Shown one piece after another: positions 26,773 to 49,429 of a stretch of DNA of 64,000 bases. Source of the stretch: Tubiluchus corallicola (taxonomy: Eukaryota; Animalia; Priapulida); NCBI GenBank assembly GCA_030141605.1, contig JAQGDQ010001049.1, forward strand, positions 1 to 64,000. The letters run 5' to 3'. Below the pieces are notes generated by a model. It was not told where the DNA came from. It ran no database searches and was given only the letters and a program-made list of their open reading frames with translations. The first letter of the stretch is position 1. Every line of letters begins with the position of its first letter. A program made the translations under genes and the position numbers.

Positions 26773-27786
26773 TCAGCTTTGACCAGCGGTTTTTATAATA
26801 TGTCGGACATGAGTTTGATTACAGGTCATTAAATCGTCCATGAACCAATGACCAAATTTCTTGGCTCTGGAAATTTTGTTCGGTATCCCAACAATGTAGT
26901 TGTTATTTATTATATACGGATCCGGAACTAGATTTTTCCTTGCACCTTCGTTCATTTTGTACCATATCCCGTCGCTCACAAATCTGTACGGAAATAAGGT
27001 GCACTTCGCAGAGGAATATCCTTGTTTGCATAAGATATCCATTATATCTTGTTCGTAGATATTGTGAAGGTTATTTGCTAAACGTTTCGCCATTTCCTTC
27101 CAAATCTCTACACCTTCCTTCGTCGAATTGACAAACATGTAATTAACAGAATAATTTTTTTGCTCCAGTTTGGCGCCTAGTTGTGCGCCAATGACGTCAT
27201 AGTTTTTGTAATTTGCTAAAAGCTGGTTGGGGTTCTTTAACCACAAACTGTCCGTTTCGAAAAGTACGAAAGAAATGTTTATTTTTAATAAGTGCAGTAA
27301 AAATTTTACTCGAAGCAGCAGGTAATACTTGTACTTCCATTCTCCAAATGAGTACTTTTCCTTGAATTTGTTCAACGTCTTCAACTTCAAGTGAAAAACT
27401 TTCACCTTAGGCCACCGTTTCTTCAAGGACATGTAAGTGGCATCATCTGTAGCGATGAATAGCAACTGATCGTGTACGTCAAAAACTTCAGTGTTGCACA
27501 ACCAGTTGTGTGACAGTGGAAGATAGGCTTCGTTTATCATCGCCACGTGCAAAGTTTTTTCAGGCTTCAAATTTTTTAGCACGTCATCTGCAGCTTCGAC
27601 AATTTCATGTACTTTCTCGCTTTTTTCTATCACATCCAGGAATTCTTTTTGTTCCGCATAAACGAGATATGACTTGCGAGACACGATTACCGCAACGTAG
27701 GAAAACACAACGAAAACCAGAACGACACACGTTTTTAATTTTGTTTTCATGCTAAAAACACGATCACGTTTTACTTTCTCGGGCAT
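26773..27786 (-). CDS. Nucleotide-diphospho-sugar transferase (Nucleotid_trans/GT77-like), type II membrane glycosyltransferase, single coding exon
   Basis: 337-aa uninterrupted ORF with a basic N-terminus, one TM segment (CVVLVFVVFSYVAVIV), N..YLPLSHNWLCN, LFIATD, DxD-like FETDSLWLKNP, EQD motif and a C-terminal NNNYIVG..NKISRAKKFGHWF. An alternative start lies at 27750. Confidence 0.85.
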   Translation of the reverse strand: MPEKVKRDRVFSMKTKLKTCVVLVFVVFSYVAVIVSRKSYLVYAEQKEFLDVIEKSEKVHEIVEAADDVLKNLKPEKTLHVAMINEAYLPLSHNWLCNTEVFDVHDQLLFIATDDATYMSLKKRWPKVKVFHLKLKTLNKFKEKYSFGEWKYKYYLLLRVKFLLHLLKINISFVLFETDSLWLKNPNQLLANYKNYDVIGAQLGAKLEQKNYSVNYMFVNSTKEGVEIWKEMAKRLANNLHNIYEQDIMDILCKQGYSSAKCTLFPYRFVSDGIWYKMNEGARKNLVPDPYIINNNYIVGIPNKISRAKKFGHWFMDDLMTCNQTHVRHIIKTAGQS

Positions 27787-29819
27787 TTTTTACCGCAAAC
27801 ATAGAGCATTACGGTTGCAGTTGGTATTACACTCACATTTTTCAAGCTGCAATAGCCACCAACATAGTTTTTTGTCATGAAGTACTACATATTTAAGCAA
27901 TTGTCCTGTCATTGCAGCGTCATTTTTTCACATTTTTTCACTTTACGCTTTAAAATTTTAACTAGTATCTCACGCATTGATTGTAATGGTTAACAATTAG
28001 TTTTCTTGCTGCTGCAGACTCTTCGATATTATTATTGTAATATAAATCGCTAATATAACTATTATAAGAGCTTATCAACAACTTATTAGGAAAATACTTC
28101 AAAGGAAGAAAAATGTCATACATCACACTGATTCATCTATCAGTGAGTAATTTGGGTTTATAGTACCCTGCATTCCACACTAGTACACGCCATAAATGTA
28201 GTAAGCTGTAAAAGGTAAATATGAACTTTGGTCAATGGTCATACAACGCTGTTTAGAAACCTTGATGCCTTTCTCCTGATTGGCAGTCCACAACAGCTGC
28301 TTGACGTCTTTACATAGCTGGTGGTTTTATAATGTAAAGACAATAATTAGGAATTTTGTTTTCCTACCTTTAAAATATCGGATAAATTTATTTTTTACAC
28401 ATGTACATTAAAATAGTAAAAATTTAATAGTAGAAATTGCTTATTATATACAAGACATTTTTCAGTTACGCGAGGAAGGATGTCATTATAATGTAACAAA
28501 GGAATTATTATAATATAATATTTGAAAACCCAGCCTAAATGTCATGTTTACTAGAACTACACGTAGATTATTATCATAACGGAACCGGTATGCGTGATAC
28601 TTTAAATATGACCATAAATTTACATTTAGTCAACACACCTCTGCCGGTTCAGTGTTTGATCTGAGAGAGGTGATTTTTAGCAACGAGCAAGTTTTATTAC
28701 AAACATTTAGTAGAGTAGGCCTTACCTTTGAACGTTTTCCGCCTTCTCTCACAACCTTTTTATATAAATTCTGCCGCTTCTCTTATTAGTTTCTGCCTTC
28801 ACAAAAAATCAATTTCTGCTGTTAATCAAACTGTGAAATTCCGTTACAATGCATTTACATTTTTTGCAAGTCATTTCTATAATCAGTATAAAGAAAACAT
28901 TGCGTTAAAAATGTTCTTCACTTTTTACAACATTTAGGTTGAAAACAGCCAGTGTTTCTATTGGTAATGGTAAAATAGCCTAGACAGTGACAAACAAAGA
29001 TTGTTCAGCTCTTGTCATGAAAAATTTCATATAATGCTTTGTGGCCTGCAAAATTCGGGTTTAAACAGTCTTTCATTTAGGTTTAATGCTAATTATTATT
29101 GTTTGAAAATTAGATGCGGCATGTACAAATTTGGGTCATATTCGCGAAAATCTTATTAAATTTTATTTATAACGTAAATTCTTAATTCCGATAATTACAA
29201 ACAAATTTCGGTGCCACAAAAACATTTTCTTTGTTATTCTGCCTCATATTAATAAGTTCGTATTACAAACGTAACATCTGAATTTTTCTGGCTCGATGTT
29301 CACCCAAATTAATCGTTTCAGCAAAGTGAAATGTGTATTCATGAAGACCCATGAAAGGCCTAATAGGTCTACCTTGTCGTGAATGAATTAAATTGATTTT
29401 ATCACATTCGTTGAATTCATTCACCCAGAGCTGTGATCTAATGCAGATGCAACAACAAGCCACTAAGTGCATCTAACAACAGCATCTTTTTGAATGGTGA
29501 GTTTTCACAAAATATTTTTGCGTTTACATTTCTATTTTTATGACAATAACCGCAGCACAAATTTGAGTCAGACGTAGTTTAAAAAAAGAGAGGAGAGGGA
29601 GGAAGAGCGAGGAGGACATTAAACGAAACAGAGAGGGAGGAACATTTGCATGTCATGTGATTCCATTGATCTGAAATGTTAGCACGAAGCATATAATGAC
29701 CAACAATCTAAACAACACTGAACCTGGTCAATAAATGGAAGGTAACTCCCGGGAAAACTGTTTCTGGGCGGTATCACCTCACTGAGCGAAGATGTGTAAA
29801 TCCGAACATGGCTGACAAC

Positions 29820-30002
<183 letters not shown>

Positions 30003-30543
30003 GTTATTAGGTAGTGCTGTTGGTTGTGGTGGTGAGGTGATGGTGATGTCGACAGCGGCTATGGTGATGGTGGCGTCGGCAGCAGCAGCAGTAGTAGTAA
30101 GAATATTAAAATTATTGTTTTTAATTTTACAATAAATTAATGACAGCTTATCTAACCAGTTTTAAAGGTAACACGTTACTTTTATATTGAGTATAAGATA
30201 ACACTACATGCTATTATCGTATTAAAGTTTACATGGAGCATTTAATTTTTTGCGTTGTACTTAGTTCGTTATTATTGAAAGAAAATGTAGCCAGTCCCTT
30301 TAACACTATTAAATTGTTTTTAAAATGAAAGTGAACTGTAGCCAGTTTCTGTTACAGGTTTTGAGTACATTAGTCTAGTGCTTTATGTACTGGTTATATT
30401 GTTCGACTGAATAAAAATAGAGAAGAAACGGGACTATATGTAACGTATTATTATTAAGATAATACAAAATATTAGCTAACATGAAAAGCACAATAAAATC
30501 TGCACAATAAAATGCATGCCCGTAAATTTGCAATAGTATGTAT

Positions 30544-30958
30544 AGGTGGGAAGAACATAAAAAATTATGTTTGTAAGGTCCGAAAATTTATTGGCCAGTA
30601 ATAAAAATTTTCAAGCGTAATTATAGCCATGCAGAAATAATATGAAAATTTAAATGCAGTTAATCAATTACCAAGGCTGCCGTTGTAAAAAATCTAGGTG
30701 TTTTTTAATAAGAAAATACAAAACTAGAAACAAAGAACCAAATTAGCATGTACATGAAAACATATTGCTTATGCACGACTCATATTTTACCATCGAGAAA
30801 CATCTAGATTTTTTAATACCTGGCAGCCTAGGTAATTGACTAACTGCAAGTGAATTTTCATATTATTTCTGCATGGTTATATTACGCTTGAATATTTTAA
30901 TTACTGGGCCAATAAATTTTCGCACGTTGCAAACAAATTTTTTACGTTCTTCACACCT
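30544..30958. mobile_element. Foldback/MITE with ~160-bp inverted arms
   Basis: Left arm aggtgggaagaac...ccatgcagaaataatatgaaaatt...caattacc is mirrored by ggtaattg...aattttcatattatttctgcatgg...gttcttcacacct. Confidence 0.88.
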
Positions 30959-32375
30959 GACAATACCTTAATTCATTAGATAATAAACTTGATAACATTG
31001 GGCAATCAAATTAACTATTGAAGGCATATTCAGTGCCCGTAGATTGTTTCCCTAAATTACTAAGAAACTGCAGGACAGACCTAACGACTATTTTTTGAAA
31101 AAGATTCATAAAGAAAAGATAACAGTGATGAGAGGAGGTAACAAACTGCGGTGAGGAAAGAGGTAATGTTTGCACATGCTCATCCCGTAAATTAGCAATG
31201 CGTAGACTCTTCGAACTTTTGTATGTCCCCTTTGTTCATCTTCGTCAGCAGCATATAATTGCGTTTGTTATTAGCTGTGTTAGTTGTTATTTCAAAAGGC
31301 AACATTCATACAAAGTATTTTAGAATATCTGAAATTGGTGTAATTGTTACAATTGTTAAAAATAAACCGGAACTTTTTATAAACACTCACAGTCACAATC
31401 TAACAAATTAATAATATTTTACATTTTGGAGTAGGTTTTGTGAGCCGTTTTAGTTATTAAACTTAAAAACTCATCTCAGTTTAGAAGAACGTGAAAGAAC
31501 AGTTCAAAGAGAATGGTTAGGGCCATTTTACACGTTAGGCCTACAATAATATATTTTGAAGGAAAAACATGGGTAACATGGTGAATTCTGCATTTTGTTT
31601 CGTTTATTAAAACTAATCGACAGTTAAAGTGAGAAAAGTGCAACTTGCTTCTCGTTGTCCACGTTTTTTATTCATCTGCTTGAATAAAAAATAAACCCTA
31701 CCAAGCACATTCGTTAGGTTCAAAACATTTCGAATTACTAATTATTGGGAATCTAATAATTTAACTTTAGCTTATCTTTTAGAAATAACAGAAGAGAATT
31801 AAATTACAGTTTTAAAACCAATTTACTTCTCGCGTAAGACCATATCAAGCCACGTGAAATTTCTAACAGTTTGCATTATTTAAAGGAGAGGGTAGCAACA
31901 TTTCAATTAGATGACACATCAACAATAATAATCAACTGCGTAAGTGACATAACGCCGCTAACCACCGGGTGACGTCACAGTGTAGGAAGGTTAGTTTTAA
32001 AGAGATAGTTGCCATGTAATGTCGTGTTGTCGTCACCTCCGTCTTTTCTTGGTGAAAAGTCTATAATTTTGAAGTAGTTAATTTGAGCTATATAACCGTG
32101 GGGTTGATGTGTTATGTGCGCTGAAAGCAATTCTGATATTGAGAAGTCGGCCGGACTTAAGCAGAATGCCGGTGGTGGTAACATTATGTTATCGATAAGT
32201 AATTTTTCATAGGTTAAACATGTTAAACTGTTATCGGCCAGGTTAAGAGGCTAAAGGAGATTATACCTTTGATTATTTACCCCGTGTACTGCTCAAATTA
32301 GTTGAACTATCGTATCCACGTTCCCGATTATCCGCTATTGTACCTACTTTCCTTTTTCATAATTCCAAACTTTTA

Positions 32376-41568
<9,193 letters not shown>

Positions 41569-41915
41569 CTGTAGTACAATTTCCTTGCATAACAATAATA
41601 TAACAAACTTATTATTCGTACACTAAGTACTGTACAGGCAAAAAAGAGTAAATAAGTATGATTGTAATGATGATAATGATGACGATGACGATGATGATGA
41701 TTGTGATGATGACGACGACGTGGAAGACGACGACGACGGTGATGATCATAGTGACGATGGTGGTGATGATGATTAAGTACAGTAATGGCAGCGCAAATTT
41801 AAATCAATGGCGGCAAGTGTGCATTTTTTCATTTGAGTTTGTCACGTGGCTTCACATAAACGCACAAAAGCAATACTATATTATAAAGTGCTGCACCAGC
41901 ACAGGGCCCTAATCC

Positions 41916-41930
41916 GAGAGAGAGAGAGAG

Positions 41931-41971
<41 letters not shown>

Positions 41972-41977
41972 GAGGAG

Positions 41978-42045
<68 letters not shown>
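41916..42045. repeat. (GA)n microsatellite
   Basis: Directly visible. Confidence 0.98.
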
Positions 42046-42048
<3 letters not shown>

Positions 42049-45000
42049 CATAAATCGGCGATGATCATGCGTCGGCCTACACAGATCGTAGCTTACAGTA
42101 TTATATGTTATTATAGTAATTAATAGTTGATTATGTGTCGGGTTATACAAAAATCGTAGCTTACAGTATTATATTATTCTAGTAATTAGTAGTAATTATA
42201 ATAGTAATTATAATGGCAGGCAATTGCATCATAAAAATTGAAATTGAAATAATGCGTTTTAGACTTAGCATGTTCTGTACAGTAGACAAAGAATAAGAAT
42301 TGCGACAGGATTTAGTTTTTGCAAATTGCCGAGCCAGAAGCCATGTCACTATAAAAGCCTGGGACACGTAGACAGTATGTCAGTGTCATGACATAAACGA
42401 AGTTTATGAAGTTTTCCTGCGTAGGTGCCAATAAATTCTTAACATTTTCGTGCTAAAATGCTAGAAATTGTGTGTCAGTGGCGTTATAAATTTGAGCACA
42501 CACTAATGTAAGTGCATTTTATAATTATTACTATAATAAAAGTCACACGTGAATGAAATAATTTTCGAATTTGAATTTCCAACGAATGTAACCGATTACA
42601 TAGACTCGTCTACCTGAGCTTAATTTTGATGACCAGCTATAGTGCTGACTGGTCAAAAACTCACACTTTTGGCTAAAATTAGGGTTATTTCGTTTTTTCG
42701 ATGTCTTCCTGTGACTTTTTTACCTGGATTCGCTATAGTAACGTGTTAAGAAAAATTTTTTTGGGGCATATGTCTTAGTCATTTGTTTATAAAACACAGC
42801 ACAGATGGTCTGCATTAAAATTCAATAACTTTTTTAAAAACCAACCTTTCGAATGAATGAAACTACTGAAATACAACCTCATATTCAATTTCTGAATCCC
42901 GAAGTCATTTTTAAAATCCGAAAGCTTTGTTTTTAACAAAATTTTATTGGACTTTACTTGTTTTTTTTGTAATTACTGATTATGGTTTGATTTTATAACA
43001 AAAGTCATGTCCCAGTGATGTTTAGACGTTAAGGTACAGTATATTAATTTGCAGTATACTGTCCAAAACTCCGAAACTGTCGCTTTGCTTACAGCAGTGG
43101 AAAATAAGGGCAAATTATTTTTTCGCGATTATGTAAGTTATGCTGAAATAACGTAATTAAGTTGAATGAAAATACTAGACGAGCTTCATTAACGTTAGAT
43201 ATTAACTCCGGTTTTTAGCCGCGTCTGTGTACTAGATACTTACGTACTAAGATTAATACATACTTTATTAATTACTTGTGCAGTATCTTGAAATGATGTG
43301 TTTTTCTACTTTCTTTTTATTAGAAAATTACCTGCGTGTTTTATTGCTGTTAGGTGCATTACATGAAGTTCATCCAAAGAACTTTGCGTGTTTATAATTT
43401 CTGTAAAGTTTTCAGAACATAAGGTTAAATTTTTTCTAACTTCGAACTCAACTTTTGGTTATTATGCGCATTAAGTTTTGTCGTAATCACATCCTGTGCT
43501 TTTTTGGTTAAAAGTTTAGTAGTTGTTTTGACAAAGTTTTACTGGTTAGATTCTAGAAATTGGCCGTTTGGACTGTAACGTACACTTGCACCTGCTTTCA
43601 TAAAAAATCTTAATGGACTGATAATTCATTCGCCCTTCTAAAGCAAAATGGATTTATCCGCGGGCTTCAAGGTTATGAATGAACTTTCTGGTGACCTTAA
43701 ACAGTATCAGGCATATATTATAGACATGAATGTCGATAAAGAAGCCCTTTTTCTGCTATAGAATGAATTTGCAGCTGTTTGTAAGCTGTTAACTTATATG
43801 TTGCTATTAAAAGAAGTTGATTTTATGTTGTTTAAATTATGATATTGCAGTTTTTCACCGGAAATTCTGGGCTGGTACTATAGAATAAGAAGTATGCATG
43901 CGTGATTTAATTTAATTGTTACATTTATTTGAATATCAGAAAAAAGACACGCATAGTATTGATTTTTAATTCACCTTATTTTACACCATTGCTGTTTGTG
44001 ACAGTCAGGCCTGGATTAATACATAGCAGATTAAGCACATGTTTAGAGCACTAAGGCTCAGTGGGCACCAAGCTGGTAAAAAATAAATTGAAAACAGATT
44101 AAAAGATCATGAAAGTTTTATGCAGTTCAAAATGTGTGAGGTAGAGGGTTACAAGAGAATGATTAATTTTTTGTTTTTGTCAGGAATCATACCTTTTTTG
44201 TAGCCGATTTATTTAATCAAAATTTGATTTTGAAGTCAGTAAAGAATTTAAGTGGCATAAATCCTATATAGGACAATGAAGTTGGTTTTTAAATGTCGGA
44301 AAATTTGCATCGCATAATACGTATGCTTTGAGCCGCGAGACGTGCACGTGGTGTGAGGGACAAAGAAGAGAGACGGGGTACTCAAAAAAATTTTGAGAAA
44401 CAGTACCCGTTTCGCAATTATTCAATTCATTATGGTAATTAAATAATTATTTTATTAGATGCAGTTTCATGGATACTGAAACGGTACTTTACGGGACACG
44501 ATTTTCTACACGCTGGGATGCTATATATATATATTTCATGGATGCTGAAACGTATATTTACCAATTATGAGACTAAAGATTTGAGTCTTGACACAATTAA
44601 ATGGAAACAGTTTTTACGGATCTCAGGTTTGAATTTGACTTTTTTGTTACACTTTGCTGCTACAGAAACATAAGTAGTAAAAATATTTGGCAATTGGTCA
44701 TAATAAGTAGGTTTGAATAACTGAGTGGTCACGATACGTACTTTGCAACCGAAGCGAAGCCATACCAAGATTGATTACTGAATTGACAGGTGACAACTGG
44801 GTGTTTAGAGTTTATCACTATAATTTCAATAATAATTGTCATTTGACCTTATTTCTTATTTGCTTACAGTAAAATTTCGCATTTTTTTCATTTTTTCCAG
44901 GATGATACTCAACCGCAGGAGGGTGTTGGAAAGACAGATTTAACCCCGGAACAATAGATCTAATGGGTGGATGTTTTCGATACCCAGATGACATCTAGCG

Positions 45001-47814
45001 ACTACATTTACTCACTGACGTGGGTGAAGTTTTGTTTCTTTCATGACGGCCATTATAATCCAATTAATTAATTAATCTAATAGATGGATGCCTTTTGATA
45101 CCCAGATGACGTAGTTCTTTCACGACGGCCATTATAGTACAATTAATTAATCTGCTTCAACAAAGCATTTGCAGAGGTAGTGTCTGCAGTGGTTATGGCG
45201 TGTGATAGTTAATCGATGAATCCGGTGTGCAATATACTCGGATTTGTTGAACTCGACTCGTGTCAGTTTTACTTTATTCCTCGGGCCTCGAACTCCTATC
45301 ACAAAATAGTTCCTTTATTAATTATAACCTCATTTGCCTTTAACAGGTACCCTCACCATACGAGAATTAGTTAAGAAAGTTTTAGTTTTCTGAACCCTGT
45401 ATTCATTTTTTTGTTTTCTTACTTCAAACTGACCACTGGCCTATAAGGCCAGCGTTTGGCACGATCTTTGTAAAAAATGAAATTAGACTGAAGCGAGAAA
45501 CTGTGAAAAAACCAAGGCTGAGTCTAGATTTGAACCGGGAACTTTCTACAAAAGAGGGCAAATGAGCGTTAGGAAATACTGCACTTGCTGATGAGCTATT
45601 GGGATCGATTAGTAATCAAATCAGAGTTTAATTTATGTCTTAGGTGTTTGCAGTAGAATGTGGATCCACATGGATCCACAGGACAATCACATGGATACCT
45701 GGAAGACCACAGCGACCTCACTGGAAGTACATGGCACGTGACAGTTGGCCAAAGATATTTGTACCTCCACGATCATCATGACGGAAGAAACCGAAGATAG
45801 CAAGTGAGAAGATGTTGGTGCAAGAGCGAGTTCTACCGAACTGAACACACCCCCTTTTAGGTAAAACAAGGACGTAGTCAGCAGCGACACAGACTCTGAT
45901 GGACCCATTGATTTCCAGCAATGATGTAATTTGTAAGTAACTTGTTGCTGTATTAAAGGCAAAAATCAGTCTGTCTGTTAGTGACAGCAAATAAGAGATT
46001 CACTGGAAAACTGGTGGTCACTAGATCACTATATAGATCACTATATATCACAGAGTGAAATAGTATAAATGTGACGCTTCTTGCATGTTAATTATTTTTA
46101 GCATCAGCTAATAGGTTAATATGGTCCGCATTTGGATACATTCAGTTATTGTGGTTTCAAGATCGGATCTTGTACTGCGCCTTGCAGTCTATAGTGGCTA
46201 TTTACTACTCTTGTTTAAGTGGTTGCTTTCAGTCTATAACTGCCTCCATGTACTAAGCAGCGAAGGAAGGCAAATAACCGTTACGTCCATAACCTATTTT
46301 CTCTGTAAATAGAAACCTTATTATTTTGTATATTAAAGGAAAGCATTGTTTGTTATACTTGCTTGGCTGTTATAGATTGTTATTTACGATCTGTCTTTTT
46401 TTGTATGCCAGTAATGATTTTTTTTATCTAATACTGTACAAATATTCATGCTAATTGTTTCATTTTTGTCATTATTAGATGCTATTCAGTTATGACTACA
46501 CTCAGATAATGAGCGACTGCAGCAGCAGCAGCAAAACAAAACACCAACTAGAAGATGGCAGCATCGCAGAGTCACTTCACATTAGCAAGTTCAGCGTATG
46601 ATGGCGTGTGGAAAAAAGAACAATTAAACAGACTTAAGGCCATGTAAATATTGGTAATATATTCTGTTACTGTAAGAGTGTTGAGTCGTCATTAACCCTA
46701 TTCTCTTTATATATACTTAAGCTTATGTTTGAAACAATGCTTATGTCATTTGAAACAATTTTTATTATAATAGTATTTTGTTTGGTAAGCATAATTTCCC
46801 ATGTGCAAAAATGGTATTAAGCTTCTGGGGGCATTTATTGTTTTTTCAAATGAATTTTCCCTGAAAAAATAGATTGATTTTTCTCTATCATCCTTATTAG
46901 GCAGTGTCAAATATTTCCCATCGAATTCAACTTTCTTGAATTAGTGACAAAAAAGTCTCCAGTTCAAATCCGCCTCGGTCCCAACTTTTTCATATTATGT
47001 TTTCTCTGGTCATGCTTTGTTTCAGACATTAATGGAGAATTCACACATTCACTGTTGTTAATCTTGAAATTGAGATTTATGGTGCAAGTCAAATTGCGCA
47101 AGATAAAACACGACCGAGTTTCGTGAAACTAAATTTCATAATAGATTTTTAGTAATAGAGTTAACAAAGCGCGTGACAATACTCGTATCATATAGTTCTG
47201 CTTTCTGTAACCAGATATCTAATCGTAATGCTAAAAAGCAATATAAAAAACCCCAGATTATATATTCTTTTTATCAAACTCATTTAGCAAACAAGTTATT
47301 TCGATTAAAATGTTCGAAGTCCCAAATGCGTTGAGCATTACCTGTGGCAGTCACAACACGGTGCTAGCTGTATAAAACCCGAGCTCGTTCTAGAATATTT
47401 AACTTCAAGTTTTCTACAGGGGCTTCAATTTAAGATTGAGACTTAGAAACAACACGAAGCCTACCACTGCAGTTACTCTACTACTTGAGGTGTTAGATCA
47501 CAAGTCATGAAAAAAAGAGAACACTGAAGGCAGGGTGGTCAAACTTGTTACAAGGTAGATTCCGCCCTGTTGAGAGTGTAAGGTACCAGGCGAGGGTTCT
47601 GTGCTTAGAGCCATCTCTAGCAGGGTGAGGATTGAAAGTCAGCATCTAATCAGGTCAGATCCTTGTGTATTCTGTAATGGTGAACATTTGCTAAAGGTTT
47701 TCTTTGTCTCCGCTTTTCCAGTCTCTCTCTCTCTCATGTTTTCTTACTCTTTCTGTGACTCTCTCTGTCTTTGTTTTTCTCTTTATTAGCTCACTTTTCG
47801 TTATGCATTTATAT

Positions 47815-47818
<4 letters not shown>

Positions 47819-47878
<60 letters not shown>

Positions 47879-48030
47879 CCTCTCTCCCTCTCTCCCCCTC
47901 TCCCCCTCTCCCCTCTCCCCCTCTCTCCCTCTCTCCCTCTCTCCCTCTCTCCCTCTCTCCCTCCCTCCCTCCCTCTCCCTCCCTCTCCCTCCCTCTCCCT
48001 CTCTTTCTCTACGCCTTCTCTCCCTCTCCT
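47819..48030. repeat. (CT)n-(CA)n-(CCCTCT)n polypyrimidine tract
   Basis: Directly visible. Confidence 0.96.
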
Positions 48031-48729
48031 TTATTATCTCGCTTTTCGTTAGATATTTCTGTAAATTCTGCCCTCTTTGTCTCTCTCAACCCCCCTCTCT
48101 TTCTGTCTCTCGCTCTCTCCCCTCTCTCTAGCTCTCACATTCTCTCTTTTTCTCTCTTTCTCACTTTTCGACAGGTGTTTCTATAATCCCACCCCTCTTT
48201 TTCCTTCTCTCTCTCCCCCCACTCTCTCTCTCTATCTGTTCCCCCTCTCCTATCCTGTTTCTCTGCTTACTTTGGATGTGTACTTCATGCTGCTTTTTCC
48301 ATGTCTATTATTACTTTCCTTTTCCGCTGTTCCTGTCTTTCCCTTGTACATTTTTTCACCTCCTTGTTTTACTTTATATCCACTTTAGCCACCCTCCCCC
48401 TCCATATGTCCCTCGCACACATTTTCACATACACTCATAGCAGTTTGGTTCTCAACTTTGTTTTACCTCTCACTTCTACTGCCACCGACTCATTTATTCT
48501 CTCACTTGCCGCTGTTAAAGGGAATTCTCATGTTAGTGTCAGGCATGTCAACACTAGGTAATTGTAGGCCAGGCTATCAACCTTTTTATGAATTCTCAGA
48601 TTCACAAATTTCAAAAATATCTGCGTATATTTATTTAATCGTGAATTTCTGTTTTTGTTTTTTTAAGTACAGTTGTTCTGCTGTATGACTACCAGTAGTA
48701 ATTTATTTGATCAGACACATGTACACTCA

Positions 48730-49414
48730 AGGTAGGACTATACGTGCGCGTAGTGCGTAATGCGAGATGAATATTGACTGTTTTCATGTATCCGTGAACG
48801 CAATGCGTATTAACGTGTTATTTTTATATTAATTCGTTTTATTTTTATTCGTCATTAAATTTTGTTTCTCCCGTTTTTGGTTTCTGTTTGCGAAAATGGA
48901 AGTAATCATTTTGGGAGCCGTGCGTCTGCCGAAATTTCAGCGTGATAATTACAACGGTGGCTTTAGCTCATTATTGTGCTATTAAACGGCAAACAGCATG
49001 CACAGGTTTTGGGTGCAGAATATTATGCAAGGAGGGGAACAGTGCGGCACGTATCGTCATTTAAGCGAAAGAACTGCAGTTAAATGTGTAACACATAATT
49101 ATACGCATCTTCCAATCTCTAAAAAAATCGAATTTAGTAGAAGAAATATTATTGTGCGCACGTCTTGAAGTCACCAAAACTCGCCTAACCAGAATTTCCA
49201 ATCAGCGGAAATGGACACAGGAAACTTAAAAACTCGTAAATCAGCTAGGCAACGATAGTTTCCCGTCGGTGTACTGCAGCGTAATGCGTAGTTCGAGTGA
49301 ATACGCGTCAAGCGTCACGGATTGCGCATTACGTACACATGAAAGTTAATGCAAGCTGTTGCATACGCATTTCGGATCATGCATCATGTTTTACGCGTAC
49401 ACGATGTCATACCT
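48730..49414 (+). mobile_element. PIF/Harbinger deletion derivative with a transposase N-terminal relic
   Basis: Imperfect TIR aggtaggactatacgtgcgcgta / tacgcgtacacgatgtcatacct. 49001-49112 reads HRFWVQNIMQGGEQCGTYRHL/(fs)KELQL, resembling the R.WV..G.Y..L..EL N-terminal motif of Harbinger transposases. Confidence 0.65.
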
Positions 49415-49429
49415 TTAGGATCTTGCATG

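Noticed and set aside
42179-42367. Signal-peptide exon of gene B
   Set aside because: A hydrophobic stretch is present, but I found no suitable phase-0 donor; left unassigned.
45690-45925. Selenoprotein or readthrough ORF with in-frame TGAs
   Set aside because: It also contains an in-frame TAA, has no recognisable domain and no evident SECIS.
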